From Candidatus Rokuibacteriota bacterium (GTDB lineage: Bacteria; Methylomirabilota; Methylomirabilia; Rokubacteriales; CSP1-6): a stretch of 64,000 bases of DNA. This document shows, piece after piece, positions 34,681-43,518 of this stretch. Position numbers and translations under genes: made by a program. The stretch is from the NCBI GenBank assembly GCA_003220435.1, contig QHSL01000089.1:2106-66105 (forward strand). Direction: 5' to 3'. The stretch's first letter is position 1. Each line of letters opens with the position of its first letter. Below the pieces are notes generated by a model that searched no databases, had not been told where the DNA came from, and worked only from the letters and a program-made list of their open reading frames with translations.

Positions 34681-35492
34681 GGCTGCGGAAAGAGCCGCTC
34701 GCCGTTTTTCCAGGCGATCGCTTCGGCCACCTCGCGCGGGAGCTGGCCGAGCCAGCGCTGCACGTCGCCGTGATAATCACGGACGATCTCCCACCGCGAC
34801 GTGATCCAGGTGTCGGTACCCACCAGGAAACGGTCGGGATATTTCACGAAGACCGCCTGCCACTCGGGGTCGAGAGTGCCGCCGGGCGCCACGTCGGTCC
34901 GCAGCGCCAGCTCGACCCAGAGCTTCGGAAACCGATCGAGGAGTCGCCCCACGGTGGACGCCGAGGACGACATGCCGGCGTGCGCCCACAGGAACCGCGC
35001 TTTCGGGTAGAGCGTCAGCAGCTTCTCGATGGCCGCGTCGTCCACGTGGGCCTGGAGAAACAGATCGCGCTCCACCGCCAACTCGGCGATGCGCTGGACG
35101 ACCGGCGCGCCCACGTCGGCCGCGCTCAGATGGAACTCGCCGATGCCCCGGTAGATCCCGCGCTTGAGCCGCTCCTCGACGTAAGCGAGCACGCCGGTGT
35201 CGCTGTGCCAGGCGCCCATGTCGCCGCGCGAACGATACGGGCGGAGAAAGGGAACAATCCCCTTCGGGGCTTTCTCGTAGAGCTTCAGGGTGCCGTCGTC
35301 CGGCGTGCTCGACACGATCGCGCGGCGCACGCCCGCGGCGGCGAGGATCGAGAGCACACGCTCCGGCGTATACGCGTCCCAGTCGGGACGACTGTAGTGA
35401 ATGTGGGCGTCGAAGATCGGGAACTGGGCGGCCGCCGGCCCGGCGCCGCCTAGCGCGAACAGCAGGACGCCCAACAGCCAGGATCTTCGCAT
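34677..35492 (-). CDS. secreted amidohydrolase-superfamily (TIM-barrel metal hydrolase) protein
   Basis: Start at MRRSWLLGVLLFALGGAGPAAA (signal peptide). Motifs FDAHIHY, GEFH, QAHVDD, WAHAG, GTD. Confidence 0.8.
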   Translation of the reverse strand: MRRSWLLGVLLFALGGAGPAAAQFPIFDAHIHYSRPDWDAYTPERVLSILAAAGVRRAIVSSTPDDGTLKLYEKAPKGIVPFLRPYRSRGDMGAWHSDTGVLAYVEERLKRGIYRGIGEFHLSAADVGAPVVQRIAELAVERDLFLQAHVDDAAIEKLLTLYPKARFLWAHAGMSSSASTVGRLLDRFPKLWVELALRTDVAPGGTLDPEWQAVFVKYPDRFLVGTDTWITSRWEIVRDYHGDVQRWLGQLPREVAEAIAWKNGERLFPQP

Positions 35493-35565
35493 CGGCGGGA
35501 TCCTATCACGCGCGCAGGCCTCATGCCGCCCGCGGGGGCCGCTCGCCGCCGCCCACGGAGCCGCT

Positions 35566-36273
35566 TCACGCCACCCGAGGCGGCCGACACACGCGGCACG
35601 GGCGGTAGCCGACGCTCTCGGCGTCGCGGACCGACGCGAACACGATCCGGTTCGCTTCGGCAACGCGCTGCTCGTGAGCGCAGCCGCGACGGCAGACGAT
35701 CCGCGTGGTCGTGCAGCCGGTGAGCACTGGCGTCGTGCGCTCGAGTTGGAGGAGCTGGGTCTTCATCTCGCCGCCGAAGGCATAGTGACCCCACGTCCCG
35801 TCGCCGCGAATGATCCGGTGACACGGAACGATCACCGGCACCGGGTTGGCGCCCAGCGCGTTGCCGACGGCCCGCGCGGCGCGCGGATGGCCGACGCGAC
35901 GCGCAAGAGCCGCATACGAGTCGACCGCGCCGAACGGGATACGCCTGGCCTCGGCGAGCACCCGGGCCTGGAACTCGGCCACGCCGGCGAGGTCGACCGC
36001 CACCGTGAAAAACGTCCGGCGGCCCGCGAAATACTCGCGCAGCTCCTCCCGCGCGCGCTCGCCGTGCGCCCGGGCCCGCGCGGACACGCCGTGAGTGCCG
36101 CGCCCGAGCTGCAGCCGGGCCACGCCGCGCTCGGTCGCCTCGATCCGAAACCTCCCGGCGAGCGCTTCCAGGTCGGCCCGCTTCGCGTGGAGGTTGCCGA
36201 GCAGTCGCGCCGACAAGCGGGGCGGAGCTTCGGGCGCGAAGAACTCTTCGAGCATCGTGTCGAGCCGATCCAT
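35566..36273 (-). CDS. O6-alkylguanine-DNA methyltransferase (Ogt/MGMT) with a C-terminal Ada-type zinc (methylphosphotriester-sensing) domain
   Basis: MGMT active site VPCHRIIRGDG. The C-terminus TTTRIVCRRGCAHEQRVAEANRIVFASVRDAESVGYRPCRVCRP matches the four-Cys Ada N-terminal domain pattern. Begins 3 nt downstream of an ECF sigma gene. Confidence 0.8.
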   Translation of the reverse strand: MDRLDTMLEEFFAPEAPPRLSARLLGNLHAKRADLEALAGRFRIEATERGVARLQLGRGTHGVSARARAHGERAREELREYFAGRRTFFTVAVDLAGVAEFQARVLAEARRIPFGAVDSYAALARRVGHPRAARAVGNALGANPVPVIVPCHRIIRGDGTWGHYAFGGEMKTQLLQLERTTPVLTGCTTTRIVCRRGCAHEQRVAEANRIVFASVRDAESVGYRPCRVCRPPRVA

Positions 36274-36276
36274 TTT

Positions 36277-36735
36277 CTAGTCCTCCAGCGCTCGCCTGAG
36301 GATCGCCTTGCCCCGGGCGAGCTGACTCTTGACCGTGTTGACGCTGATCCCTCGAATCGCCGCGAGCTCGCGGTACCCGAGGCCGTTCACGTAGTGGAGC
36401 GCGAGCAGCACGCGCGCCTCGCGCGGCACCGTCTCGAGCGCCCGTGTGAGGTCGAGCCGCTCCACCGACGTTCCCGGCCGTCCACGGGGAAGCGGCTCGG
36501 GCGGAACGTTGCGCCGGCGGCGGAGCTCGTCGATGCAGACGTTCGTGAGCACGCGGTAGAGCCATGTCGACAGCGCCCATCTGGGCGCATACGACTCCCG
36601 CGCCTCGAACGCCTTCAACAGGGCCCGCTGGACCGCGTCCTCGGCGTCGGCGCGGTTGCCGAGGAGCCGGTACGCCACGGCGTAGAGGCGGACCGCGTAT
36701 TCGTCGGCGGCGCGAGCGAACGTGCGTTCGTCCAT
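36277..36735 (-). CDS. ECF-type RNA polymerase sigma factor (short, 152 aa)
   Basis: Region 2 reads DAEDAVQRALLKAF...STWLYRVLTNVCIDELRR. Region 4 reads YVNGLGYRELAAIRGISVNTVKSQLARGK. Confidence 0.85.
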   Translation of the reverse strand: MDERTFARAADEYAVRLYAVAYRLLGNRADAEDAVQRALLKAFEARESYAPRWALSTWLYRVLTNVCIDELRRRRNVPPEPLPRGRPGTSVERLDLTRALETVPREARVLLALHYVNGLGYRELAAIRGISVNTVKSQLARGKAILRRALED

Positions 36736-36781
36736 CTCGGAGAGTTATACGCGCGACAAGCGCCGAAGGGTGGAAGGACGC

Positions 36782-39091
36782 TTACGCGCTCCGGAGCGCC
36801 TCCCACACGCTGGCCGCGGTGAGCGGGACGCGCGCGATCTCCACGCCGCGATCGGCGAGCGCGTCCTCGACCGCGTTCGCGATCGCCGGCACCGGTGAGA
36901 TGATCCCGCTCTCGCCCACACCCTTGACGCCCAGCTCGTTACGCATTGACGGGAAGTCGAGCGGCACGACGTCGAAGAACGGCACCTGATCGGCCTTCGG
37001 CACGCCGTACTCCATCAGACTCCCCGTCAGTAGCTGCCCGGCGTCGTCGTAGATCAGTTCCTCCGCCAGCGCGGCACCGATGCCCTGGACGATCCCGCCG
37101 TGGAGCTGCCCCTCCACGATCATCGGGTTCAGCGGCCGGCCGCAGTCGTGGACGGCCGCGTAGCGCAGGAGCCGGACCGCGCCGGTCTCGACGTCCACCT
37201 CGACGGCGCAGGCGTGCGCGCCGAACGCCCACGTCACCGTCTCGGGCCGGAAGAACGCGCAGGCGTGAAGACCCGGCTCGGCGGTCTCGCGCACGAGGGC
37301 GCGGCTCCGGAGCGAGGCGCGCGCCAGCGCCCCCAGCTCGACGGAGCGCTCGGCCATTCCGGCCACGCCCGCGCGACCGCCGGCGAGCACGACGTCCGCC
37401 GGCGCGCACTCGAGCAGCTCGCCGGCGACCAGCTTCGCCTTCCGCGCCACCTCGCGCGCGGATCGCGCGACCGCCGGGCCCGCCACCGCCGCGACACGGC
37501 TCGCGATGGTTCCGTTGCCGTAGCCCACGACGCTCGTGTCCCCGCCCACGACGACGACGCGCTCGTAGTCGACGCCGAGCTCGGCGGCGCACACCTGGGC
37601 CAGCGTGGTCTCGTGCGCCTGCCCCTGGGACGACACGCCGATCTGCACATAGATCGCGCCGCTCGGGTCGATCCTGACGTCGGCGCCCTCGAACGGGCCG
37701 ATGCCGGTGCCCTCGACGTACGCCGAGAGCCCGACGCCGACCGGCCGCGGCGAGGCGCGGCGCGCCGTCTGCTCGGCCCGCCACCTGTCGTAGCCGAACA
37801 CGGAGAGCATCCGATCGAACGCCGCCCGGTAGTCCGCGGGGTCGTAGACGATCGGCACGCCGTCGCGATAGCGAAGTCCGGTCGCGTACGGCATCTCGTC
37901 GAGGCGGATGAGGTTCCGGCGCCGCAGCTCCGCCGGGTCCAGGGCCAGCCGGCGCGCCGCGCGGTCGAGGAGCCGGTCGAGCACGCACGCGATCTCCGGC
38001 CGCCCCGCGCCGCGGTAGGCGGCCGTGAAGGTCTTGTGGGTCACCACGTTGGTCGCGAGCCCCTTCACGTTCGGGATCCGATACGGCCCCGGGAAGTGGT
38101 TGATCGAGTTGAGCGTGATCACGTCGCCGAGCACGGGATAGGCGCCGCCGTCGCGCGTGAAGGTGGTCTCGACGGCGGTGACCGCGCCGTCCCGGGCCAC
38201 GCCGAGCCGCGCCTGGTGGTGCTGATCGCGGTCGGGCGCCGTGGCCACGAAGTGCTCGCGGCGCGTCTCGATCCACTTCACGGGTCGGTTCAGGCGACGC
38301 GCCACGGCGGGAATCAGTACGTCCTCGGGATAGACGTGGCCCTTGGCACCGAAGCCGCCCCCGACGTCCGGAGCGATGACGCGCACCAGCTCCTCGGCGA
38401 GACCGAGCGCGGTGGCGACCGCCGCGCGAACCGCGAAAGGCACCTGGGTCGACGCCCACACCGTGAACCGGCCGTCGGGCGCGTCGGGTTGCGCCACCAC
38501 GCCGCGGGGCTCGATCGGCATCGCGGCGAGGCGCGGCACCGTCAGCCGCGCCTCGACGATCACGTGCGCCTGAGCGAAGCCGCGGGCGACGTCGCCGACA
38601 CTGCCCTCGGCCAGGCCGGCCACGTTATCGGGCCACTCGTCGAAGACGCGCGGCGCGCCCGGGGCCTGCGCGTCCAGGACGCCCACGGCGGCGCGCAGCG
38701 CGGTGTAATGAACGTCGACCGCCTCGCTGGCATCCGCGGCACGATAGGCGTCGTCCGCGACCACCACGGCCACCGCCTCGCCCGCGTGGCGGACTTCGGG
38801 GCCGGCGAGCGCGGGCTGGGCGTAGGAGCGGAAGCGCGACGACGCCACCAGCGGCGGCACCGCCGCCGTACACTCGGGCAGATCGGCGATCGTGAGAAGC
38901 GCAACCACGCCGGGTTGCACGAGCGCGCGGCGCGCGTCGACGCGCTCGACGCGCGCGTGGGCGTGCGGACTGCGCACGATCGCGGCATACAGAAGGCCCG
39001 GCAGCTGTATATCGTCCACGTAACGGCCGCGGCCCGTGAGCAGCCGTCCGTCTTCCTTGCGCTTGACGGAGCGGCCGATGGGCGAGGTCAT
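36782..39091 (-). CDS. xanthine dehydrogenase/aldehyde oxidase-family molybdopterin-binding large subunit (CoxL-like), no adjacent small/medium subunits
   Basis: Start MTSPIGRSVKRKEDGRLLTGRGRYVDD. Also GGGFGAKG and the C-terminal GVGESGI pattern. Confidence 0.85.
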   Translation of the reverse strand: MTSPIGRSVKRKEDGRLLTGRGRYVDDIQLPGLLYAAIVRSPHAHARVERVDARRALVQPGVVALLTIADLPECTAAVPPLVASSRFRSYAQPALAGPEVRHAGEAVAVVVADDAYRAADASEAVDVHYTALRAAVGVLDAQAPGAPRVFDEWPDNVAGLAEGSVGDVARGFAQAHVIVEARLTVPRLAAMPIEPRGVVAQPDAPDGRFTVWASTQVPFAVRAAVATALGLAEELVRVIAPDVGGGFGAKGHVYPEDVLIPAVARRLNRPVKWIETRREHFVATAPDRDQHHQARLGVARDGAVTAVETTFTRDGGAYPVLGDVITLNSINHFPGPYRIPNVKGLATNVVTHKTFTAAYRGAGRPEIACVLDRLLDRAARRLALDPAELRRRNLIRLDEMPYATGLRYRDGVPIVYDPADYRAAFDRMLSVFGYDRWRAEQTARRASPRPVGVGLSAYVEGTGIGPFEGADVRIDPSGAIYVQIGVSSQGQAHETTLAQVCAAELGVDYERVVVVGGDTSVVGYGNGTIASRVAAVAGPAVARSAREVARKAKLVAGELLECAPADVVLAGGRAGVAGMAERSVELGALARASLRSRALVRETAEPGLHACAFFRPETVTWAFGAHACAVEVDVETGAVRLLRYAAVHDCGRPLNPMIVEGQLHGGIVQGIGAALAEELIYDDAGQLLTGSLMEYGVPKADQVPFFDVVPLDFPSMRNELGVKGVGESGIISPVPAIANAVEDALADRGVEIARVPLTAASVWEALRSA

Positions 39092-39132
39092 TGCGTTGTG
39101 GCAGTATAGGCGCGGAGGGGGAGGCTCCATCC

Positions 39133-40056
39133 ATGAACTACCGTGCGGTCGAAGGTTGGGGAAAGCTCCCCGAGCGTTGGTCGTACGTCGAGGCGACGAG
39201 CGTCGGCGTGGACGCGAAGGACAATGTCTACGTGTTCAATCGCGGCGAGCATCCAGTCATCGTGTTCGACCGCCAAGGGAAATTTCTCCGGTCGTGGGGC
39301 GAGGGCGTCTTCCGACGGGCCCATGGGATCACCGTCGCGCCCGACGGAACGCTCTGGCTCACCGACGATCTCCATCACACGATCCGGCAGTTCACGCCCG
39401 AGGGGAAGCTGCTGCTGACGATCGGCGACCCGGACAAGCCGTCGACGCTCCAGGGCGGCAAGCCCTTCAACCGGCCGACGCACGTCGCCCTGTGCCCGAA
39501 GAACGGCGACGTCTACATCTCCGACGGCTACGGCAACTCGCGCGTCCACAAGTACGATCCCAGGGGACGCCATCTCCTGTCGTGGGGCGAGCCCGGCACC
39601 GATCCGGGATGCTTCAATCTGCCGCACAACATCGCGACCGACGCCGAGGGGCAGGTGTACGTCGCGGATCGCGAGAATCACCGCGTGCAGGTCTTCGACG
39701 GCCAGGGGAAGTACCTCACCCAGATCAACAATCTGCACCGTCCCTGCGGGCTCTTCGCCGACCGGCGTCACGGTGGTATCCTCTACGTCGGTGAGCTCCC
39801 CACCCAACTCGCGGTGAACGCGGAGGTCGCGAACCTCGGCGCTCGGGTGTCGATCGTCAAGCTCAATGGCGAGCGGGTGGGGCGGGTCGGCGGTCGCTTC
39901 GCCGGCGACAAGCCGGGCGAGTTCCTGGCGCCGCACGGATGCGTCGTGGACTCGCGCGGCGATCTGTACGTGGCGGAGGTCTCGTGGACAGCGCTCGGCA
40001 AAGACATGAACCCGCCGCGCGAGCTGCGGTCGCTCCAGAAGTTCGTGCGCGAATGA
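39133..40056 (+). CDS. NHL-repeat six-bladed beta-propeller protein (peptidyl-alpha-hydroxyglycine lyase-like)
   Basis: Start MNYRAVEGWG with a GGAGGGGGAGG Shine-Dalgarno region. Repeated blades: VYVFNRGEH, LWLTDDLHHTIRQF, VYISDGYGNSRVHKY, VYVADRENHRVQVF, LYVAEVS. Confidence 0.8.
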   Translation: MNYRAVEGWGKLPERWSYVEATSVGVDAKDNVYVFNRGEHPVIVFDRQGKFLRSWGEGVFRRAHGITVAPDGTLWLTDDLHHTIRQFTPEGKLLLTIGDPDKPSTLQGGKPFNRPTHVALCPKNGDVYISDGYGNSRVHKYDPRGRHLLSWGEPGTDPGCFNLPHNIATDAEGQVYVADRENHRVQVFDGQGKYLTQINNLHRPCGLFADRRHGGILYVGELPTQLAVNAEVANLGARVSIVKLNGERVGRVGGRFAGDKPGEFLAPHGCVVDSRGDLYVAEVSWTALGKDMNPPRELRSLQKFVRE

Positions 40057-40619
40057 CGACGATGGCTGACCGGTTGCTGGACGCGATGGCGCGCTCAGCG
40101 GCGCGGCGCTACAGCGGGGAGGCCGTCTCCGAGCTCGAGCACGCGCTGCAATGCGCCGACCTGGCGCGCCAGGGCGGAGCCGACGAGGAGTTGCAGCTTG
40201 CCTGTCTCCTCCACGACGTGGGCCGCTACGCGGTCGACCAGGCCCTCGTGTCCGACACCACCGAGACGACGCGGGTCGGCCCGGGCGCTCGAGGGCATCA
40301 GGAGGTCGGCGCCGAGTTGATTGCACCGTGGGTGCCCGAGCGCGTGTCCTGGTCGGTTCGAGTGCACGCCGACGCGAAGCGCTATCTCTGCGCAATCGAG
40401 CCCGAATATTTCGACCGCCTCTCCGCCGTCTCCCGCGACACGCTCCGGCGCCAGGGCGGCGTCATGTCGCCGGACGACGTCGCAAAGTTCGCGGAGCACC
40501 CCTGGGTTCGTGACGCGGTGGCGCTGCGGCGGTGGGACGACGAGGCAAAGGTGGTGCGCAAGCAGACACGGTCGCTCGAGGAGTGGTCCCCGCTGATCCG
40601 TAGCTGGTTCGACCGATGA
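40053..40619 (+). CDS. HD-domain protein of the PhnZ-like (phosphonate-operon-associated HD / diiron oxygenase) type
   Basis: VSELEHALQCADLA...LACLLHDVGRY pattern. ATGA overlap with the upstream gene. Confidence 0.7.
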   Translation: MTTMADRLLDAMARSAARRYSGEAVSELEHALQCADLARQGGADEELQLACLLHDVGRYAVDQALVSDTTETTRVGPGARGHQEVGAELIAPWVPERVSWSVRVHADAKRYLCAIEPEYFDRLSAVSRDTLRRQGGVMSPDDVAKFAEHPWVRDAVALRRWDDEAKVVRKQTRSLEEWSPLIRSWFDR

Positions 40620-40891
40620 GCCCGCTGGCCGACGGCGATGTGGCGGCCGAGCTCGCGCGGACCCCGGGCTGGAAGCGGTCCGGCCAGGCGATCGAGCGGA
40701 CATACCGCTTCGAGGACTTCAAGGAAGCGATGATCTTCGTGAACCGGGTGGCCTGGCTCGCCGAGCGCGCGGGTCACCATCCGGACGTGACGATCCACTA
40801 CAACGAGGTCACGCTCTCTGTGTGGACCCACTCCGAGGGCGGAGTGACCCAGAAGGACTTCTCGCTCGCCCGCTCGATCGACCGCCCCTGA
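40616..40891 (+). CDS. phhB: pterin-4-alpha-carbinolamine dehydratase
   Basis: 91 aa with the family signature FEDFKEAMIFVNRVAWLAERAGHHPDVTIHYNEVTLSVWTH. Confidence 0.9.
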   Translation: MSPLADGDVAAELARTPGWKRSGQAIERTYRFEDFKEAMIFVNRVAWLAERAGHHPDVTIHYNEVTLSVWTHSEGGVTQKDFSLARSIDRP

Positions 40892-40906
40892 CGTCGTCCC
40901 TGTCGC

Positions 40907-41329
40907 TTACTGCCAGCCGAGCACCTCGTAGCCGCGCTCCTTGAGGCATCGGTTCACGTACTGCTTGTAGACCGGGCTCGGCTCCGTCTGCTTGGCGGCG
41001 CCGTGCACCGCGCCCGCCGTCGCCCCGGTCGCGGCGCCGACCGCCGCTCCCGTCCCCGCGCCCCGACCGCTCACCGCGCCCGCGACCGCGCCGACAGCCG
41101 CCCCGCCAGCGCCGCCCACGGCTGCGCCCTTGGCGATGTCCTTGCCGGCGGTACTCTGGACCCAGTCGTCCGCGAGCTTGCGGCAGGCTTCGATGTCCTG
41201 ATCGGCCTGCTCCTTACCCATCTCCTGGAGTTTGGCGTTTGGGTAGAGCACCGGGCTCTGCGTGCGGGCGCACGCCCCGAGCGCCAAGCCCGCGACCACC
41301 GCGAGAGCCGTCAGTCGGACAGGTCGCAT
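40907..41329 (-). CDS. glycine-zipper lipoprotein
   Basis: Lipobox LALGAC and a long G/A-rich glycine-zipper segment (GAAVGGAGGAAVGAVAGAVSG...). Confidence 0.75.
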   Translation of the reverse strand: MRPVRLTALAVVAGLALGACARTQSPVLYPNAKLQEMGKEQADQDIEACRKLADDWVQSTAGKDIAKGAAVGGAGGAAVGAVAGAVSGRGAGTGAAVGAATGATAGAVHGAAKQTEPSPVYKQYVNRCLKERGYEVLGWQ

Positions 41330-41450
41330 GCCTCCTCCTCGGTGCTGGACGTTGTGTCCGCTTGGACGGGGCTGCCCAATTCGCCGTTCACTCCGGTGCT
41401 ACATCTGCGAGCGGTGATGACGTCGCCGCGGGGGCTTGGGGGGGTGCGAG

Positions 41451-41511
41451 CGGCGCCCCGGCCGAGCCGGGGCGCCGTCAAGCGTGGGGCTTAGAGGGCT
41501 CTTCAAGCCCC
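41451..41511 (-). terminator. two tandem GC-rich hairpins downstream of the transglycosylase gene
   Basis: CGGCGCCCCGG-ccgag-CCGGGGCGCCG (41451-41477, perfect 11-bp stem) and GGGGCTT-N12-AAGCCCC (41486-41511). No clear U-tract. Confidence 0.4.
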
Positions 41512-41518
41512 AATCTGA

Positions 41519-42166
41519 TCAGACCCGGGCGAGGAGCGCGAGGACAGGGGGCCGCTTCGGGGCCGGCTGATACCGGCACTTCAGCTCGGTCCGCTCGAGA
41601 ATCTCCACGTAGGTGCCCATCACCATCCGGTAGTAGTGGGGATGGCGCCCGGCAGGGCCGCCGTTGTACTCGGTGAGGGCGTCCTTGATGTTCGGCCTTC
41701 TGGTCATGATGTCGCGAAGATAGGCCATAGCGAAGTGCGTGCTCACGGCCGGGTTGGCGAGGTCGCCGAGGTCCCGCTGGCCCTTGAGCACCGGACGCTT
41801 GAACGGACCCACGCGCGACTCGAAGAGTGCGGCCGTCGAGGGCAAGGTCTGGAACAGCCCTACCTCCCCTGCGCTGCCGACCGCGTCGTGCTTGAACTCG
41901 GACTCGACCTCCGCCTGTGCGAGCGCCAGGCAATGGTCGATCTTGGTGCGGTCGGACTCGGCGAACAGGACATCCGGGAAGCCTTGGAATGCTTTGATGG
42001 GTGCCTGAGGGTTCTTCTCGGCGATGTACCCGAGGATTGCCCGATTCAACCGCTCCGCATTCGCTTCACCGGCAACCGCTAGGACCTGGCGCGTCAGGAC
42101 GACACCGCCCAGGGCGATCGCGCCTACCAACGTCAAGCTTGCGAGCACTCGATTAAGCCTGCGCAT
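41519..42166 (-). CDS. lytic transglycosylase (SLT domain) protein with N-terminal membrane anchor
   Basis: AQAEVESEFKHDAVGSAGEVGLFQ (catalytic Glu-Ser motif), AMAYL, YNGG. AAGGAGG Shine-Dalgarno before the ATG. Confidence 0.85.
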   Translation of the reverse strand: MRRLNRVLASLTLVGAIALGGVVLTRQVLAVAGEANAERLNRAILGYIAEKNPQAPIKAFQGFPDVLFAESDRTKIDHCLALAQAEVESEFKHDAVGSAGEVGLFQTLPSTAALFESRVGPFKRPVLKGQRDLGDLANPAVSTHFAMAYLRDIMTRRPNIKDALTEYNGGPAGRHPHYYRMVMGTYVEILERTELKCRYQPAPKRPPVLALLARV

Positions 42167-42380
42167 GAGCCCTCCTTAGCTGTGTCACTACCGAACTGTT
42201 TCACTGCTAGGTCTGACTTGTCCTGCTGCTACTACTACACGAGGGAAGGATGCTTTGAAGTAATAGCAGTATTGCATAACCCGATCGGCTACGCAACAGG
42301 ATGTTGGCTCGTTCCGGATATCCACAACCGGCGGTGTCGATGGTCCCACGGTCGAGCGAACGTCCTGATGTGGTGCGAGG

Positions 42381-42623
42381 TTACCGCTGGCCCGGGGGTG
42401 GCCGCCTGGGCGACCGCGGCGGGATCGTCCGGTGGAATTCGGTTGGGTCGTTGTCCATCTTCGCGCCCACGGCGGTGCCGCACTCGGCGCAGACGTAGTC
42501 GTACTTGCTGCCGGATGGGAGCACGAGCAGGAGCTTCTTGCGCGTGGGCGTCGCGCGCCGGCACCGCGGGCAGAAGAGGCTCGAAGCCTCGAACTCGCCA
42601 TAGCTGTCCTGAGGACGAGACAT
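42381..42623 (-). CDS. small zinc-ribbon protein of unknown function
   Basis: 80 aa with CPRC ... CAEC pairs. Divergent from the LLM oxidoreductase gene. Confidence 0.5.
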   Translation of the reverse strand: MSRPQDSYGEFEASSLFCPRCRRATPTRKKLLLVLPSGSKYDYVCAECGTAVGAKMDNDPTEFHRTIPPRSPRRPPPGQR

Positions 42624-42645
42624 CGTCCGGATTCTACACCGCGCC

Positions 42646-42651
42646 TATAAT
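42646..42651 (+). promoter_or_regulatory. perfect -10 hexamer TATAAT upstream of the LLM oxidoreductase gene
   Basis: TATAAT at 42646-42651. GGGGGAG Shine-Dalgarno before the ATG at 42679. Confidence 0.4.
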
Positions 42652-42678
42652 GCCGGCACGCAGCGCGAGGGGGAGCCC

Positions 42679-43515
42679 ATGCACTTCGGCGTTTCAATGT
42701 TTCCGACCGACTACGCGATCCGCCCCGACGAGCTCGCCCGGGCTCTGGAGGAGCGCGGGTTTGAGTCTCTGTGGGTCCCAGAGCACACCCACATCCCGGC
42801 CAGCCGGCGGAGCCCCTGGCCAGGGGGCCCGAACCTGCCCAAGGAGTACTGGCACACCTACGACCCCTTCGTGGCGCTGACCGCCGCGGCCGCGGCCACG
42901 ACCCGGCTGCGGATCGCCACCGGCATCTGTCTAATCGTCGAGCGCGATCCCATCACGACCGCGAAGGAGGTCGCCACGCTCGATCGCCTGTCCAATGGCC
43001 GGTTCATTTTCGGAATCGGCGGGGGCTGGAACGCCGAGGAGATGGAGAACCACGGGACGCCGTTCAAGAAGCGCTGGCGCGTGCTCCGCGAACGGGTGCT
43101 CGCGATGAAGGAGATCTGGACCAAGGAAGAGGCCGAGTACCACGGCGAGTACGTGAGCTTCGACCGGATCTGGGCCCATCCCAAGCCCCTGCAGAAGCCC
43201 CACCCGCCGATCCTCATGGGCGGCGACGGACCTACAACTTTCGACCGGGTCGTCGAGTTCTGCGATGGCTGGATGCCGATCGGCTTCCGCGCGCCGGGGG
43301 TCGTCGACAAGATCCCCACGCTCAAGGCCGCCGCTGCGAAGGCGGGGCGCGACCCGAAGTCGATCTCGGTGAGCCTCTTCGGGGTCAAGCCCGACCGGGC
43401 CACCGTCGATCGCCTCGAGGGCGCCGGCGTCGACCGGCTGGTGTTCATGGCGCCCTCGGACACTCGCGAGAAGGTGCTGCCGCTGCTGGACGCGTACGCG
43501 GCGGTCAGCCGCTAG
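42679..43515 (+). CDS. luciferase-like monooxygenase (LLM) class, probable F420-dependent oxidoreductase
   Basis: MHFGVSMFPTDY..., SLWVPEHTHIP, GRFIFGIGGGWN, PPILMGG pattern. Confidence 0.85.
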   Translation: MHFGVSMFPTDYAIRPDELARALEERGFESLWVPEHTHIPASRRSPWPGGPNLPKEYWHTYDPFVALTAAAAATTRLRIATGICLIVERDPITTAKEVATLDRLSNGRFIFGIGGGWNAEEMENHGTPFKKRWRVLRERVLAMKEIWTKEEAEYHGEYVSFDRIWAHPKPLQKPHPPILMGGDGPTTFDRVVEFCDGWMPIGFRAPGVVDKIPTLKAAAAKAGRDPKSISVSLFGVKPDRATVDRLEGAGVDRLVFMAPSDTREKVLPLLDAYAAVSR

Positions 43516-43518
43516 GCG

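Noticed and set aside
42167-42380. Lower-G+C 210-nt gap between the SLT gene and the zinc-ribbon ORF, examined for a tRNA or small RNA. It contains an imperfect hairpin TGCTACTAC...GTAATAGCA.
   Set aside because: No cloverleaf or known RNA motif could be recognised by eye. The hairpin has a mismatch and a 25-nt loop. The region is most simply the SLT promoter region.
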